IMG/VR virus record: IMGVR_UViG_3300027782_000067
Strand: one strand, 5' to 3'
Origin: an uncultured virus (IMG/VR IMGVR_UViG_3300027782_000067)
Lineage: Duplodnaviria > Heunggongvirae > Uroviricota > Caudoviricetes
DNA: 64,000 nt
The notes beneath the pieces were generated by a model. The model was not told the DNA's origin. It ran no database searches and worked only from the letters and a program-made list of their open reading frames with translations. Of the stretch, positions 1-11,241 are shown piece by piece (position 1 is the stretch's first letter; every line of letters begins with the position of its first letter). Position numbers and translations under genes: made by a program.

Positions 1-77
1 ACTATAGTAAGATTGGGGTGGAAAGTTATCGGTAGAAAACAACCACTTATGATCTTACCATCCGTAGACATTAAAGA

Positions 78-668
78 TTAATCCCACCACCCTCTCATTC
101 TTTCTTTCAATACTTTATGTAGAAGATTGTGAGCCTTTTCTTCATTATGTTTTGCAACCCAAAAACATAAATCTTTTTTATCAAGTTCAGGTTTTTCTTT
201 CAAAACTTTACGAACACTTGATGGATATTTTTTTATGTATTCATCGTAATTTTCAGAAATAACATCCTGTTCCATTGTGCAGTACTCATCATCCCCTTCA
301 ATTGGTTCAAATCTAAATTTTGATTCAGAGTAATCAAGATATTCAGTTCCATAATAATCTTCCTTAACTCTTTCAATCAAATTAAGAACTATAGTCATAT
401 CACGATTATCAATATCAACTTGCATATGTCTATTTGCATAGATAATTTCTTGTCTTTGGAACTCAATTTTCTTTTGTAAGATGTTATAGATATGCCAGTG
501 ATCCCAATCTCTATCTTTAAAGATTGTTGGTGACCATCTAATAACATTTTTACAACCTGTTAGGAACGATCTAATTCTCCAATGTAAGATTCTCCATATT
601 CTTGCCGATAATGTTTTTCTACTCCAAGCGGAGTCTTCAGGTATAATTAAAGGTTTAAAATTTTTCAT
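78..668 (-). CDS. hypothetical phage protein
   Basis: 196-aa ORF; TATCTTTG element just upstream (673-680). Confidence 0.7.
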   Translation of the reverse strand: MKNFKPLIIPEDSAWSRKTLSARIWRILHWRIRSFLTGCKNVIRWSPTIFKDRDWDHWHIYNILQKKIEFQRQEIIYANRHMQVDIDNRDMTIVLNLIERVKEDYYGTEYLDYSESKFRFEPIEGDDEYCTMEQDVISENYDEYIKKYPSSVRKVLKEKPELDKKDLCFWVAKHNEEKAHNLLHKVLKERMRGWWD

Positions 669-766
669 ACTACAAAGATATATAAAAAATAATAGATTAA
701 TAGTTTTTTAATGTCAAATAAAATTGTATATTTGTTATAAGAATCATTTATCTAAAATATACCACG

Positions 767-1102
767 ATGACAAAGATTAGAAAAGAGGCTGAGTCATATA
801 AAAACTCTTCATGTAAAGAATTAAAAAAAGCAATTAGACAATATAAGTTTTTATCTATTGCTAATACAGAAATTTTTAATTTTTTGTTTTACATAGTAAC
901 ATTTGGAATACCTTTCTTATGTGTTTTTGGGATCACCGTAGATTCCTTATTCTTTATGTTCTTAATTCACTTCTCATTTTTTTGGTTATTTCTTTTCAAA
1001 TACAAAAATTTTAAATTAGTTAGTGATGAAGATAAATATGAGATTGATGAAATTGTAGAAATTTTAGAAGAATATCTAAAAGAAAATAAAAAAACCCCTT
1101 AA
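767..1102 (+). CDS. small membrane protein
   Basis: two hydrophobic segments; TATATTTG at 727-734. Confidence 0.6.
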   Translation: MTKIRKEAESYKNSSCKELKKAIRQYKFLSIANTEIFNFLFYIVTFGIPFLCVFGITVDSLFFMFLIHFSFFWLFLFKYKNFKLVSDEDKYEIDEIVEILEEYLKENKKTP

Positions 1103-1118
1103 GTTAAGGGGTTTTTTT
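1091..1118. terminator. bidirectional intrinsic terminator
   Basis: aaaacccctt-aagtt-aaggggtttttt hairpin between convergent genes. Confidence 0.75.
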
Positions 1119-1152
1119 ATCTATTTGTGATCTAATCTATTTCCTATATAAA

Positions 1153-1731
1153 TCAATACGAGTTGAATCCACTTCCAGGTTTATCTTTTGTATATGGAGT
1201 ATCTAATCTGTTTGCTCTATCTGAATAACCTTTTAATGCTAAAGCTAGTCCCGCAAATACCATTGCCACAGTTATAGGTCCTGAGTATTGTCCAGCTCCA
1301 AAACTTTCAACAAACTCATGGATTTTCATAGTTAACTCATGTTCTGACCATCCTGTGAATTCACCAAGAGCGGTAATCATTCCTGTTACCATCGTACCAA
1401 GTCCTCCACCAATCATAGCCTTTTCTTTAAAACTTTTAAATCTACTTTTTAAATCTTCATTAAGATATGCTTCTGTCATTTCAGGAGTTGCTTTTCTTGC
1501 CATGTGTTTCAATTCAGATCTTTCTTCAGGTGCTAATTCTGGTAATACTTCACTTTTAAAGAAATCAGAAATAATGTCAACAACCTCAGGTTTAGACAAT
1601 TCCTCTTGGTCATCATCATAACCCATATCTTCTTCAGTATATTCCATACTCATGTCTTCTTGAGCTTGTTCTACCATTCTTTTAATTAAGGTAGTTAATT
1701 CGCTTTCGGTTAATCTTATTTTTCTTTTCAT
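1153..1731 (-). CDS. leader-B protein (MKRKIRLTESEL) with C-terminal hydrophobic helices
   Basis: shared N-terminal leader; Gly-rich hydrophobic segments. Confidence 0.7.
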   Translation of the reverse strand: MKRKIRLTESELTTLIKRMVEQAQEDMSMEYTEEDMGYDDDQEELSKPEVVDIISDFFKSEVLPELAPEERSELKHMARKATPEMTEAYLNEDLKSRFKSFKEKAMIGGGLGTMVTGMITALGEFTGWSEHELTMKIHEFVESFGAGQYSGPITVAMVFAGLALALKGYSDRANRLDTPYTKDKPGSGFNSY

Positions 1732-1790
1732 TTTAATTTTTTTTCAAATCTTTATTGTTATATATAAATATGTTAACTTTTAAAAAAGTT

Positions 1791-2294
1791 TTAATTTTTT
1801 AGAGATGGAATAACATCATCCTCAAAAAACATTTTAACCTCAGGTTCAATACCTTCAATTTCATCTTGAAATCTTCCAACATCATCATGAATACTTTTAG
1901 GATCTTCATTTATATCATAGAAATCAAAATCAATTAAGTGCCCCATTTTGTTTAAAAATAAACCACCAATGTATTCCTTATCTTTAAAATATATTGTACC
2001 ATATAATGCAGTTTCATCTTCAGTTTTTTCTTCGTAATCAAAAACAAATTCTATTTTTGGAATATGATTAAAAGAAGATATGAATTTTTCCCCTTCTCTT
2101 TCATCATAACTTTGGGAAGGATCAACAAATTCATCAGGTCTTCCTTTATGTTTAGAAAATACATCTAAGTATCTTTTTTCATCCACACTTAAAGATTCAT
2201 ACCCACCATCACTAATTTTATCTAATATCCTATCAACTTCTTCTTGACTTTCAAGAAGAATACGATATTGACTCTCTGTGAGTATTATATTCAT
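1791..2294 (-). CDS. leader-A protein with DUF6576-like motif; paralog of 51241..51741
   Basis: MNIILTESQ; EVDRILDKISDGGYESLSVDEK; shared DEREG, DFY and FF motifs. Confidence 0.7.
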   Translation of the reverse strand: MNIILTESQYRILLESQEEVDRILDKISDGGYESLSVDEKRYLDVFSKHKGRPDEFVDPSQSYDEREGEKFISSFNHIPKIEFVFDYEEKTEDETALYGTIYFKDKEYIGGLFLNKMGHLIDFDFYDINEDPKSIHDDVGRFQDEIEGIEPEVKMFFEDDVIPSLKN

Positions 2295-2295
2295 T

Positions 2296-3399
2296 TTATT
2301 TACAAAGATCTCCGTCTTGTGCTGATTCTAATGCGTCTGCAATAGCGTCTAATGTTTCAGGACCAACTTTTCCATCTTCTTTAATTTTCATAGAATAACA
2401 ACTATTAATTTTCTTTTGAAGTTCTAAAACAGATCCTGGCTTAAATTCGTCTGAATTATTATCAACAATATAATCAATAATTGAACCTGCGGTTTCGCTA
2501 CCTATTTCACCATCAGTTGAGATATCATATCCTTCGTCAGTTAAAAATTTTTGTATGTCTTTTATTTCTGCATTTATAGGTCTTTTATTACCGTTGTTAG
2601 ATTTGTTATTTTCTTTATCCGCAAAATCAACATTATCAAACTCTTTGTCTTCACACGAATAATCTAATTCAATACCCTTACGTATTTTTTTACCATTACC
2701 CATATAATAATCAGTTCCAATTCTAAAACGAGTTCTTTTACCATCGGCATATTTTTCACCAATTGCCTTTGGATGCTCAATAACACACATATACATATTC
2801 CAATTATCCTCAGATCCACCTCCACCAGGAGTAACAACATCATCTTTTTTAGGGTCTACTTTAACATCAGATTTTTTATCAATTAATTTAGTACTATATC
2901 TAATAACATCAGCAACAGGTGATACCAAATATCGTCTATATTCCTCGTTTTGAGCAAAATCTCCATCCATTGATTCAAAGAAGTCCTCATATTTAGCACT
3001 ATAACTAGAAATCATATAACAGAAATCAGGAAAACTTTTAGTATTACGTATACCATTTTCTACTTTTTTCTCATTAGTTCCCGCACCAAGAGTATACCAA
3101 CTACCTTCCTCAATTGCATCATATATACTTTCAGCAATACCATCTAAAGCACTTTCACTTTGAGTTATTGGGCCTAACCCTTCTTTACCTGACGTACATA
3201 CATTACATATCGATTCAAATCTGTCTTCAGGATCTGTTTCATTTTCTGTGTATTTTAATTGATCGGCAACGTCTTGTGTGATAGCACCAGGAGATAAACC
3301 ATTAGTGACTACATCATCTTCATTAAGTCGTCTTTCATTAAGAACTTTAATAACGATTCTTTTAAGATCGTTTTCATTTAATTTAATTATTTTTGCCAT
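2296..3399 (-). CDS. leader-B protein with two C-terminal peptidoglycan-binding-like repeats
   Basis: IQKFL..GY...DGEIGSET and LQKKIN...DGKVGPET. Confidence 0.7.
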   Translation of the reverse strand: MAKIIKLNENDLKRIVIKVLNERRLNEDDVVTNGLSPGAITQDVADQLKYTENETDPEDRFESICNVCTSGKEGLGPITQSESALDGIAESIYDAIEEGSWYTLGAGTNEKKVENGIRNTKSFPDFCYMISSYSAKYEDFFESMDGDFAQNEEYRRYLVSPVADVIRYSTKLIDKKSDVKVDPKKDDVVTPGGGGSEDNWNMYMCVIEHPKAIGEKYADGKRTRFRIGTDYYMGNGKKIRKGIELDYSCEDKEFDNVDFADKENNKSNNGNKRPINAEIKDIQKFLTDEGYDISTDGEIGSETAGSIIDYIVDNNSDEFKPGSVLELQKKINSCYSMKIKEDGKVGPETLDAIADALESAQDGDLCK

Positions 3400-3404
3400 G
3401 TTTT

Positions 3405-3764
3405 TTATTTTACTAATGTTTTAGTGTATTCATCTTTAAACTTTGTCCAGGCAGCCAAACTTTTTGGTCCAAACTGACCATAAGCTTTTCCTTTATTAAG
3501 TTTTTTCCAATTTTGTGCAGGAACACTTGGATTCCAATTAACGTGATTTACATCCATCCAATCTTGGAATGCTTTAGCTTCAGGTGTACCTGTTTTTGGT
3601 GCGTCAGCTGGTGCGGTTATTGGAGTTGTTACGGTTGATGCGGTTGTTGGATCAATTGGGTATAAATCATCAAATTGACCTTGTTCTTTTAGTAATGAAA
3701 ATTTTTCATTAATATGCATTGACCGTATTCTTAATTTTTCTTCTTCAGTTATTAAACTTTTCAT
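3405..3764 (-). CDS. leader protein with peptidoglycan-binding-like domain
   Basis: MKSLITEEE leader; AFQDWM...GQFGPKSLAAW. Confidence 0.55.
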   Translation of the reverse strand: MKSLITEEEKLRIRSMHINEKFSLLKEQGQFDDLYPIDPTTASTVTTPITAPADAPKTGTPEAKAFQDWMDVNHVNWNPSVPAQNWKKLNKGKAYGQFGPKSLAAWTKFKDEYTKTLVK

Positions 3765-3849
3765 AATTTATAGTTTTATTAATAAATATATCGTTATTTT
3801 GCTTTTACATTATTAAATATATATTCTATACTTAAAAAAAGAATAATTT

Positions 3850-4275
3850 ATGAAAAAAGTTTTAAATGACAGTACTGTTACGGTACATTACACCGGAAAA
3901 TTAGAAGATGGAACAATTTTTGACACATCTTTGGCCGAAGGAAGAGAACCATTAACAACAAATTTAGGTCAAGGACAACTCATTAAAGGGTTTGAGTCAG
4001 GTCTTATTGATATGTTAGAAGGTGATAAAAAAACAATTGAGATTGAACCTCTTGATGCTTATGGTGACCATGTTGAAGATATGATCATTGAAGTTACTAA
4101 GGATAAAGTTCCTGAAGGAGTTGAAGTTGGTCAAGTTTTACAAACGGAAGGACCTATGGGACCTAGTTTCGTAAAAGTTATGGAAGTTAAAGATGATGTT
4201 GTGGTAATTGATGCCAATCACCCATTGGCTGGTAAAAAATTAATTTTTGAACTTGAGGTTGTTGGTATTTCTTAA
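3850..4275 (+). CDS. slyD: FKBP-type peptidyl-prolyl cis-trans isomerase (SlyD/FkpB-like, no His-rich tail)
   Basis: VTVHYTGKLEDGTIFDTS, GQLIKGFE, DANHPLAGKKLIFELEV. Confidence 0.92.
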   Translation: MKKVLNDSTVTVHYTGKLEDGTIFDTSLAEGREPLTTNLGQGQLIKGFESGLIDMLEGDKKTIEIEPLDAYGDHVEDMIIEVTKDKVPEGVEVGQVLQTEGPMGPSFVKVMEVKDDVVVIDANHPLAGKKLIFELEVVGIS

Positions 4276-4296
4276 TACCAACAACTTTTAAGTTGT

Positions 4297-4707
4297 TTAT
4301 TTACAACCAGCGCAACCAAATACACATTTAAGAGTTATTGCAATACCACCAACTTCAGTCTTTATTTCACACTTTCCAGCATTCGCCTTTATTATTTTTG
4401 GTAATTCACTGTTATTACTTATTTCTTGGGTACTTGAACCTTTAAAAGGAACTGAGTAATTAATACTATCCCCACCAGGAAAATCGTTTACAGTTACTTT
4501 AACACCGTATGCGGACAATGAATATGCGTAAACTTTTTTAGTGATGGTGTCATTTATCATAACATTACCATTACGTGCCTCCAACGTATATGGATTAACA
4601 ACCATTTTTTCTTCATCCACTTCTTGCTCTGAAATAATAACTCCTCGTTTATAACCAAAAAGGTATTTCATTTGGTTAAGTTCTTCTTTGATAATTTCTT
4701 TACTCAT
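4297..4707 (-). CDS. leader-C hypothetical protein
   Basis: IIKEELNQMKYLFGYKRGVIISEQ leader. Confidence 0.65.
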   Translation of the reverse strand: MSKEIIKEELNQMKYLFGYKRGVIISEQEVDEEKMVVNPYTLEARNGNVMINDTITKKVYAYSLSAYGVKVTVNDFPGGDSINYSVPFKGSSTQEISNNSELPKIIKANAGKCEIKTEVGGIAITLKCVFGCAGCK

Positions 4708-4731
4708 AATTTTTTATTTAATAAATATATG

Positions 4732-5769
4732 TTATCTTTCAATAGTATACAATTTCATAAACTTACGTTTAAGATTTTTACCTGATTGAGTAATTCTAAG
4801 TTCAAAACTTTTTATTAGATCGTAAACATTTTTAGTCTTAAGTATTTTATTAGACACAGATTCATTATTCTCTAACGAAATTTTAACATATTGCTTTAAA
4901 TAGAATTTGTGTAAATTATTCAAATGATAATTTAATGTTTCTTCACCACTACGTTCTTTTATTTTTTTCTCTAACTCACGATAATATTGGTCGGCATTAA
5001 AATTTTCCATTTTGTTTGACATAATCCAATACTTAGTTGTTTTAAATGTGTCAAAACTCATTCGTAAAACTTTTGAGTATGCTTCTTGGGTCATTGCGTT
5101 TATTTCATATGGTTCAGAATAATAAACATAATCTAAAAATTCAGAATAATAATCGTATATTTCTCTTGGTGTATTTGGATTTTTTCTACCTGCATAAGTT
5201 TTAGATACATTAAAATTTCCTGAACCAGTACTTAACCATCTTTTATAAAATTCATACAGATGTAATGTTTCATGCATAATGGTGTCTCTTACATCCATAA
5301 GTAGTTCATCCATCTGACTCATCTTAAATTTTGAATCAATGTAAATCTCAATGTCCATTAATGCATTTAATGTCATTTCAACTTCATCTTTAATTTTTTT
5401 TGGGATTTCGGGTGATGGCTTTCTCATGTAGGAATAATCACCAGTTTTTTCATCTAACGCATATGCCGCACCACCACTAGCAAAATTATTTTCCACATCA
5501 CCTTTTTCGTAAGAAAATGAAATAACAATTTCAATCTCTTCCATTGGGAATTCTAAAAATGAATCTTCATCATTTTTTATAATACTCTTAATCTTATCTA
5601 AACCTATTACAATATTTTGTCGTGAAGACTTTCCACTATGAACCATAGATTCAACCATTGGTTCTATAATTCTATAAATTAAATTTACATATGGTAATGT
5701 TGATCTACTAACACCCATATCTTCATTTAAAAGATTCAATATTTGAGATTCACTTAATATGATTTTCAT
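4732..5769 (-). CDS. leader-A protein with zincin-like metallopeptidase motif
   Basis: MKIILSESQ; HETLH followed by EPYEINA. Confidence 0.6.
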   Translation of the reverse strand: MKIILSESQILNLLNEDMGVSRSTLPYVNLIYRIIEPMVESMVHSGKSSRQNIVIGLDKIKSIIKNDEDSFLEFPMEEIEIVISFSYEKGDVENNFASGGAAYALDEKTGDYSYMRKPSPEIPKKIKDEVEMTLNALMDIEIYIDSKFKMSQMDELLMDVRDTIMHETLHLYEFYKRWLSTGSGNFNVSKTYAGRKNPNTPREIYDYYSEFLDYVYYSEPYEINAMTQEAYSKVLRMSFDTFKTTKYWIMSNKMENFNADQYYRELEKKIKERSGEETLNYHLNNLHKFYLKQYVKISLENNESVSNKILKTKNVYDLIKSFELRITQSGKNLKRKFMKLYTIER

Positions 5770-6362
5770 TATACTTCACCCCACTTAAGGTTTTTTCTAC
5801 ATCCACTTCCGTTACCACTATTTTTCATTACAATAATAGCAATGATAATTATAAGTAGAATTGCACCAATTGCAATTAATAAGGACCAACCTACCATAAC
5901 GGTACCAATCATAATTCCACCTGTCACAATTTGCTCATCAAGTTCTTCAGGTTCCGATGTGTCTCCTGATTTATTTTTTACAATGGCCATTTTGATACCT
6001 TTCTTAACATTCTTAAGAACTTCCCATAATGAGTTTGATCCTTTTTCTTTTTTCATTCTAAGTAACTCAGACCTAACTTTTGATATGATATTATCGTGTT
6101 CTTCATTTCCGGTAACAATGTCACAAACCTGATCATTAGAAACAACATCATCAACACTTGGTACATTACTTGCAACCTCACCCAATGAAGAATCATTAAC
6201 AACTTCTTTTTCAAACATTGATTTGATCTTTTCTTTGAACATAGAACCCATTCCCGACTCTTCTGAGTCCATATCCGTCTGTTCTGATATAATGACACCT
6301 CTTTTATAAGAAACGAGATATTTCATCATATTTAATTCTTCATTTAATATTCGTCTTTCCAT
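5769..6362 (-). CDS. leader-C protein with C-terminal transmembrane helix
   Basis: ILNEELNMMKYLVSYKRGVIISEQ; LLIAIGAILLIIIIAIIV. Confidence 0.65.
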   Translation of the reverse strand: MERRILNEELNMMKYLVSYKRGVIISEQTDMDSEESGMGSMFKEKIKSMFEKEVVNDSSLGEVASNVPSVDDVVSNDQVCDIVTGNEEHDNIISKVRSELLRMKKEKGSNSLWEVLKNVKKGIKMAIVKNKSGDTSEPEELDEQIVTGGIMIGTVMVGWSLLIAIGAILLIIIIAIIVMKNSGNGSGCRKNLKWGEV

Positions 6363-6643
6363 AATTTCATATTTTTAACATAAGCCTTTTCAGCATACTC
6401 AATAAAGTTATCACCATATATTCTTGCAAGTCTATCCATCATCAACTGAGGATTTTTTCTCATATACCTCAATACATCATTGGGAATCTGATCCTCGTAT
6501 TTACCAAACATATTTTGTATTTGTTTTTCCCTTGGGATCATCCTAACATTTGGTTCAACTGAGAATGAATTATCTCTTGGTTCATCAATTTCCAATAATA
6601 CTTTTCTAACTATTTTTGATATCTCCATTTTCATATTAAGCAA
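6344..6643 (-). CDS. leader-D-like hypothetical protein
   Basis: ISKIVRKVLLE. Confidence 0.6.
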   Translation of the reverse strand: MLNMKMEISKIVRKVLLEIDEPRDNSFSVEPNVRMIPREKQIQNMFGKYEDQIPNDVLRYMRKNPQLMMDRLARIYGDNFIEYAEKAYVKNMKLWKDEY

Positions 6644-8279
6644 CTGGTTTTACAATTGGTTCTTTTGGTTCACCATTTATTAATTCATTTCCAGCGGTAA
6701 CTACTTTTTTAGTGTTTGAAACAACGTTTTTATAATGTTCACCTGACCAATTCCCTGAATTTGCCAAGTTTTGACCGGCTTTTTTCCAATCTTTTAGATT
6801 TGTTGCAATTTCATGTGACCCATGACCAACCTCATAAGCGGTTTTTGAATTTTTTAGTAAATCAGCATATGGTTTACCATAAGTTTTTTCAACATAAGCT
6901 ATTGCTTGGTCTTCACTATATGTTTTTAATTTACTTGTAAGTTCTTTTTTAATTGTATTTACGGTTTGAATAGCTAATTTTTTTGACAATGTTTTACCCG
7001 AAGCGGTGGCAAGATACGTTGCAAGTTTAGGCGATAAATTTGCACCCTTTTGTAATGCGCCTTTTACTACTGTATTTACAAGTTTTTTAGGGGCTTTAAT
7101 TATAGGTTTAATAATTTTTTTACCAAACTTATCAACACCACCTTTTAATACTTTTGCATTTTTAACAACAGGAGTAAAAAAGTTTTTTAATCCTGTTCCC
7201 AATTCACCAATAAATTTACCAACCGCATTTGCTCCTTTTGTAAAAAAAGCAACAACACCCTCACCAAAAACTTGACCAAAAATACCTTTAACCCATGTCA
7301 TCGCCTTAGCAATAAATCCAGGTACTTGACCAAGTCCTGCAGAAATCTTATTCACCATTGGTTTGAAGAATTGTCCGAATTTTGATTTGGCCAACCACTC
7401 TATTGCCTGCATAATTGACGATGACGCTTTTCCTGCGGTTTTGAAGAACGGCATTGCCGCACCAATCGCTTTTGATGCAATACCTGTTGTTGCGGTACCA
7501 ATCAAACTAAATAATGTATTAAACCAATTAGGGGATCCTCCAATTATATTAGCAATATCATAGTTAGCTAATATTGCCCAAGCTATTAAGGGAACCAACG
7601 CACCAAATCCTTCTGTTGAGACTTCAATTAATATTTGTAGAGCCGCACCCCAATTACTTGTTAGGACACCTCTATAATTTTCCATGAATGTACTAACACC
7701 TAAACTTTTTAATTTGTTCCACGCCCCTTGTAACGCTGCATATCCCGCTTTCACTCCACTAACAACTGCATTACCAACTGTTTTAGCTCCACTAACAACT
7801 GCATTACCAACTGTTTTTGCGGTATTAACGGCAGCATTCCAAACACCATTAATCCAACCTCCTTCATTTATTAAAGAATTATTATTGTAGTTAGATTCAT
7901 TTATAAAACCTCCCTGATATAGTAATGATGATTTAATGAAATTAAAATAACCATTTAATTCTTCTTGGAAATTAAATGTTGATTCCATAATAACTCCTTT
8001 ATTTGAGAACTTATTAAACCTCTCAAGGATCATACTATTATTAGAAAAAATATTTTCAACTATATTAGTTTTAAAGGTTTCTAATATATTAAATCTTTCT
8101 GAGAAATCTTCAATGTGTTTTAAAAATGCAGAATTAGATCTATAATGAAAATCCAACATAGAATCAATTTCCACCATTAAAGTATTGGTGGATTTAAACT
8201 CTTGTGTGTTTTTTTGTTTTATAACGCCTCTTACAACATTTTCAATGTCAGATTCTGTTAGTTGGATTACTTTACTCAT
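6636..8279 (-). CDS. leader-B protein with long amphipathic Ala/Gly/Lys-rich region (possible membrane-active virion protein)
   Basis: VIQLTESDI; internal INES/INEG; tandem AKTVGNAVVSG repeat. Confidence 0.65.
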   Translation of the reverse strand: MSKVIQLTESDIENVVRGVIKQKNTQEFKSTNTLMVEIDSMLDFHYRSNSAFLKHIEDFSERFNILETFKTNIVENIFSNNSMILERFNKFSNKGVIMESTFNFQEELNGYFNFIKSSLLYQGGFINESNYNNNSLINEGGWINGVWNAAVNTAKTVGNAVVSGAKTVGNAVVSGVKAGYAALQGAWNKLKSLGVSTFMENYRGVLTSNWGAALQILIEVSTEGFGALVPLIAWAILANYDIANIIGGSPNWFNTLFSLIGTATTGIASKAIGAAMPFFKTAGKASSSIMQAIEWLAKSKFGQFFKPMVNKISAGLGQVPGFIAKAMTWVKGIFGQVFGEGVVAFFTKGANAVGKFIGELGTGLKNFFTPVVKNAKVLKGGVDKFGKKIIKPIIKAPKKLVNTVVKGALQKGANLSPKLATYLATASGKTLSKKLAIQTVNTIKKELTSKLKTYSEDQAIAYVEKTYGKPYADLLKNSKTAYEVGHGSHEIATNLKDWKKAGQNLANSGNWSGEHYKNVVSNTKKVVTAGNELINGEPKEPIVKPVA

Positions 8280-8322
8280 ATAAATGGTTTTATATATAAA
8301 TATAAGAAATTACGGAAAATAT

Positions 8323-8502
8323 TTACAATCTAGATGCTGACTCCATAATGAATCTCATTTTATTTTCCAATTCATGAATACGTTGTCTTTGACTATCGTT
8401 AAGTTCAAAATTCTCACCTTTGATTGAGGATACTTGATTACTTAGTTGGTCGTACTCATACATATATCTGTCGTACTGTTGTGCTTTTTGATTTTCGTTC
8501 AT
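8323..8502 (-). CDS. 59-aa coiled-coil-like protein (not in ORF track)
   Basis: own translation MNENQKAQQYDRYMYEYDQL...ASRL*. Confidence 0.55.
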   Translation of the reverse strand: MNENQKAQQYDRYMYEYDQLSNQVSSIKGENFELNDSQRQRIHELENKMRFIMESASRL

Positions 8503-8568
8503 AATTTAATTATAATATTTGTTATTAAAAAGGAAATAAAAAATCCCTCTTGTGGAGGGATTAAGTTA

Positions 8569-9147
8569 TTATTTAACGGTTTTAAGAACTTCCCAAATTG
8601 CTAACATTGATTTAACTCCAAGTTTACCATCAACTCCCTTTGGACCAATATCTTTACCTAAAGATACAAGTTTATTTTGAATATTAACGGCAGTGTCTTT
8701 AACAATTGATACAACATCCATTTTGGAATCACATTTCCATCCTGAAGCCTCATATGCTTTTACATCATCACCCCATCCACATTTTTTAGCATTAATCAAT
8801 AAAAGTTCTTTTGCGTCAGGTTTACCAAATTTAACGGTTCCATCCGCAGCGCAAAAATAATCAACGTTTTTAATATTAAGCATATCTAGGTTACCAGGGA
8901 CACCAGGTTGAAGGGTTGCTTTATTGTTACTATAGTACGAATTACCTTGCTTGTCTGTAATAGCAGAGACTCCACCACCACCAGTAACAATATCCCCTAA
9001 ATTTTGTACGCAAGTGGGATATTCTTCTTTAGTCTTACCATCGGCTTCGGTTAGTAATACATTATTTTGTTCGGATATTACTCTTCCTTTTTTATAATCA
9101 AAAAGATATTTGATTAAATTTAATTCTTCGGTTATTTGATTTTTCAT
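8569..9147 (-). CDS. leader-C protein with C-terminal peptidoglycan-binding-like domain
   Basis: ITEELNLIKYLFDYKKGRVISEQ; IQNKLVSLGKDIGPKGVDGKLG. Confidence 0.7.
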   Translation of the reverse strand: MKNQITEELNLIKYLFDYKKGRVISEQNNVLLTEADGKTKEEYPTCVQNLGDIVTGGGGVSAITDKQGNSYYSNNKATLQPGVPGNLDMLNIKNVDYFCAADGTVKFGKPDAKELLLINAKKCGWGDDVKAYEASGWKCDSKMDVVSIVKDTAVNIQNKLVSLGKDIGPKGVDGKLGVKSMLAIWEVLKTVK

Positions 9148-9153
9148 TATTTT

Positions 9154-9270
9154 TTATTTTTTATTTTTTAGTCTTTTTATAACTTCTTCGTTTTTATTAA
9201 TCCTTTTTAAATTTTTTGCAAGATTTCTACGATTTCTTTTACCTTTACCTTCTTCCTTCGCTTTTGACAT
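9154..9270 (-). CDS. 38-aa basic peptide (not in ORF track)
   Basis: MSKAKEEGKGKRNRRNLAKNLKRINKNEEVIKRLKNKK; TATTTAT motif upstream. Confidence 0.5.
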   Translation of the reverse strand: MSKAKEEGKGKRNRRNLAKNLKRINKNEEVIKRLKNKK

Positions 9271-9291
9271 AGTTTTTTTATTATAAATATA

Positions 9292-10200
9292 CTAATGAAT
9301 CCAATTACCGTCCTCATCTATACAAAAATGTTTATTGTCCTCATAGAATTCATGGATTCTATCTACAAAGTTTTCAGAAATCAAATCATATATATCTTGA
9401 TAATATTCATTATGATTGTCGTCCCATTCTAATTTAAATAAGGATTCATATAAATTATCAGCGGTGTAATCCAACACACGATCCACAAAATCAATTACAT
9501 CAGTATATAAACAAACATCATAACGTGAAAGAGCTCTATCAATAAACTCACTAATGTATTGGTATCGTCTTTGTAACATTCTTTTATCATAAGATTCATT
9601 GATGTTTTTATTGTCCCTCCAATAATAATTTCTATCCCAAAACTCTTTTAATTCCTCGTAGAAATTATTTTTAATGAAACGTATCAATTGATTTCTATAC
9701 ATAACATAATCATCTTCAGGTATATTCATTTTACCAACAACCTGACTTGCAACATTCCAACAAATTTCAGTTAAAAAATTACCAAAGGTGTCCATAACAG
9801 TTAACGTATGGGTTAAGATAAAATCCGAAATACCATCCTCAATTTCTTGGTATCTTCGTTTAAATTTTATTTCGTGATCAGATTCATTAATATTTTTAAC
9901 CATACGAGAATAAAAATATTCTCTAATAATATCCATATATTCGGTTTCTATAAACCGTTGTATTTGTGTTTCTAATTCTATTTTGTCATCCCCCCGAAAA
10001 TTTGTACGATTTACTATTTCTTTTGTAATGTTTAATGTAGTAAAATCTATAAACGTATCGTAGTAGGACATATTAAGTGGGGACGGATTACCATTTTTCA
10101 TATATTCATACACTAAATCCATCATAGGACCAATTAAATGTTCAATTTCTGGAACTCTGCGTAATAGGCGATTTTGATTTTCTGTTATTATTACTTTCAT
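9292..10200 (-). CDS. leader-A protein with three tandem copies of the small acidic helical domain
   Basis: MKVIITENQ; two KNINES linkers, each followed by RRYQ. Confidence 0.7.
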   Translation of the reverse strand: MKVIITENQNRLLRRVPEIEHLIGPMMDLVYEYMKNGNPSPLNMSYYDTFIDFTTLNITKEIVNRTNFRGDDKIELETQIQRFIETEYMDIIREYFYSRMVKNINESDHEIKFKRRYQEIEDGISDFILTHTLTVMDTFGNFLTEICWNVASQVVGKMNIPEDDYVMYRNQLIRFIKNNFYEELKEFWDRNYYWRDNKNINESYDKRMLQRRYQYISEFIDRALSRYDVCLYTDVIDFVDRVLDYTADNLYESLFKLEWDDNHNEYYQDIYDLISENFVDRIHEFYEDNKHFCIDEDGNWIH

Positions 10201-10201
10201 C

Positions 10202-10876
<675 letters not shown>

Positions 10877-10892
10877 TTTAACTTATTTAATA

Positions 10893-11240
10893 TTAAAAAT
10901 CATCTTCATCATCATCGTCACAATCGTCACTCCATTCTTCCCACAATGAAACTAACTCATCGTAGTACTCACCGTTCATTAATTGTGTAATCTCTTCTCT
11001 ACCACTATCTTCATTCTCATCCTCATCAGCAAAGATATCATCCTCTCTCTCATAGTCTTCATCACCATAAAAGAACCTAAGTCCTTCTTCAATACAAAAC
11101 TCGGCGTACTCATCACCATCCTCAAAATTACAAGGGTCTTGAACTTCCATTTGATATTCTATAGTATCTCTAACTTCCTGTATCCTTCTTAATCTTTTAA
11201 GAAGTGTTTTACTCTGTGTTTCTGTTATTATTATTTTCAT
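10893..11240 (-). CDS. leader-A small acidic protein
   Basis: MKIIITETQ; RR..DPCNF. Confidence 0.7.
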   Translation of the reverse strand: MKIIITETQSKTLLKRLRRIQEVRDTIEYQMEVQDPCNFEDGDEYAEFCIEEGLRFFYGDEDYEREDDIFADEDENEDSGREEITQLMNGEYYDELVSLWEEWSDDCDDDDEDDF

Positions 11241-11241
11241 A

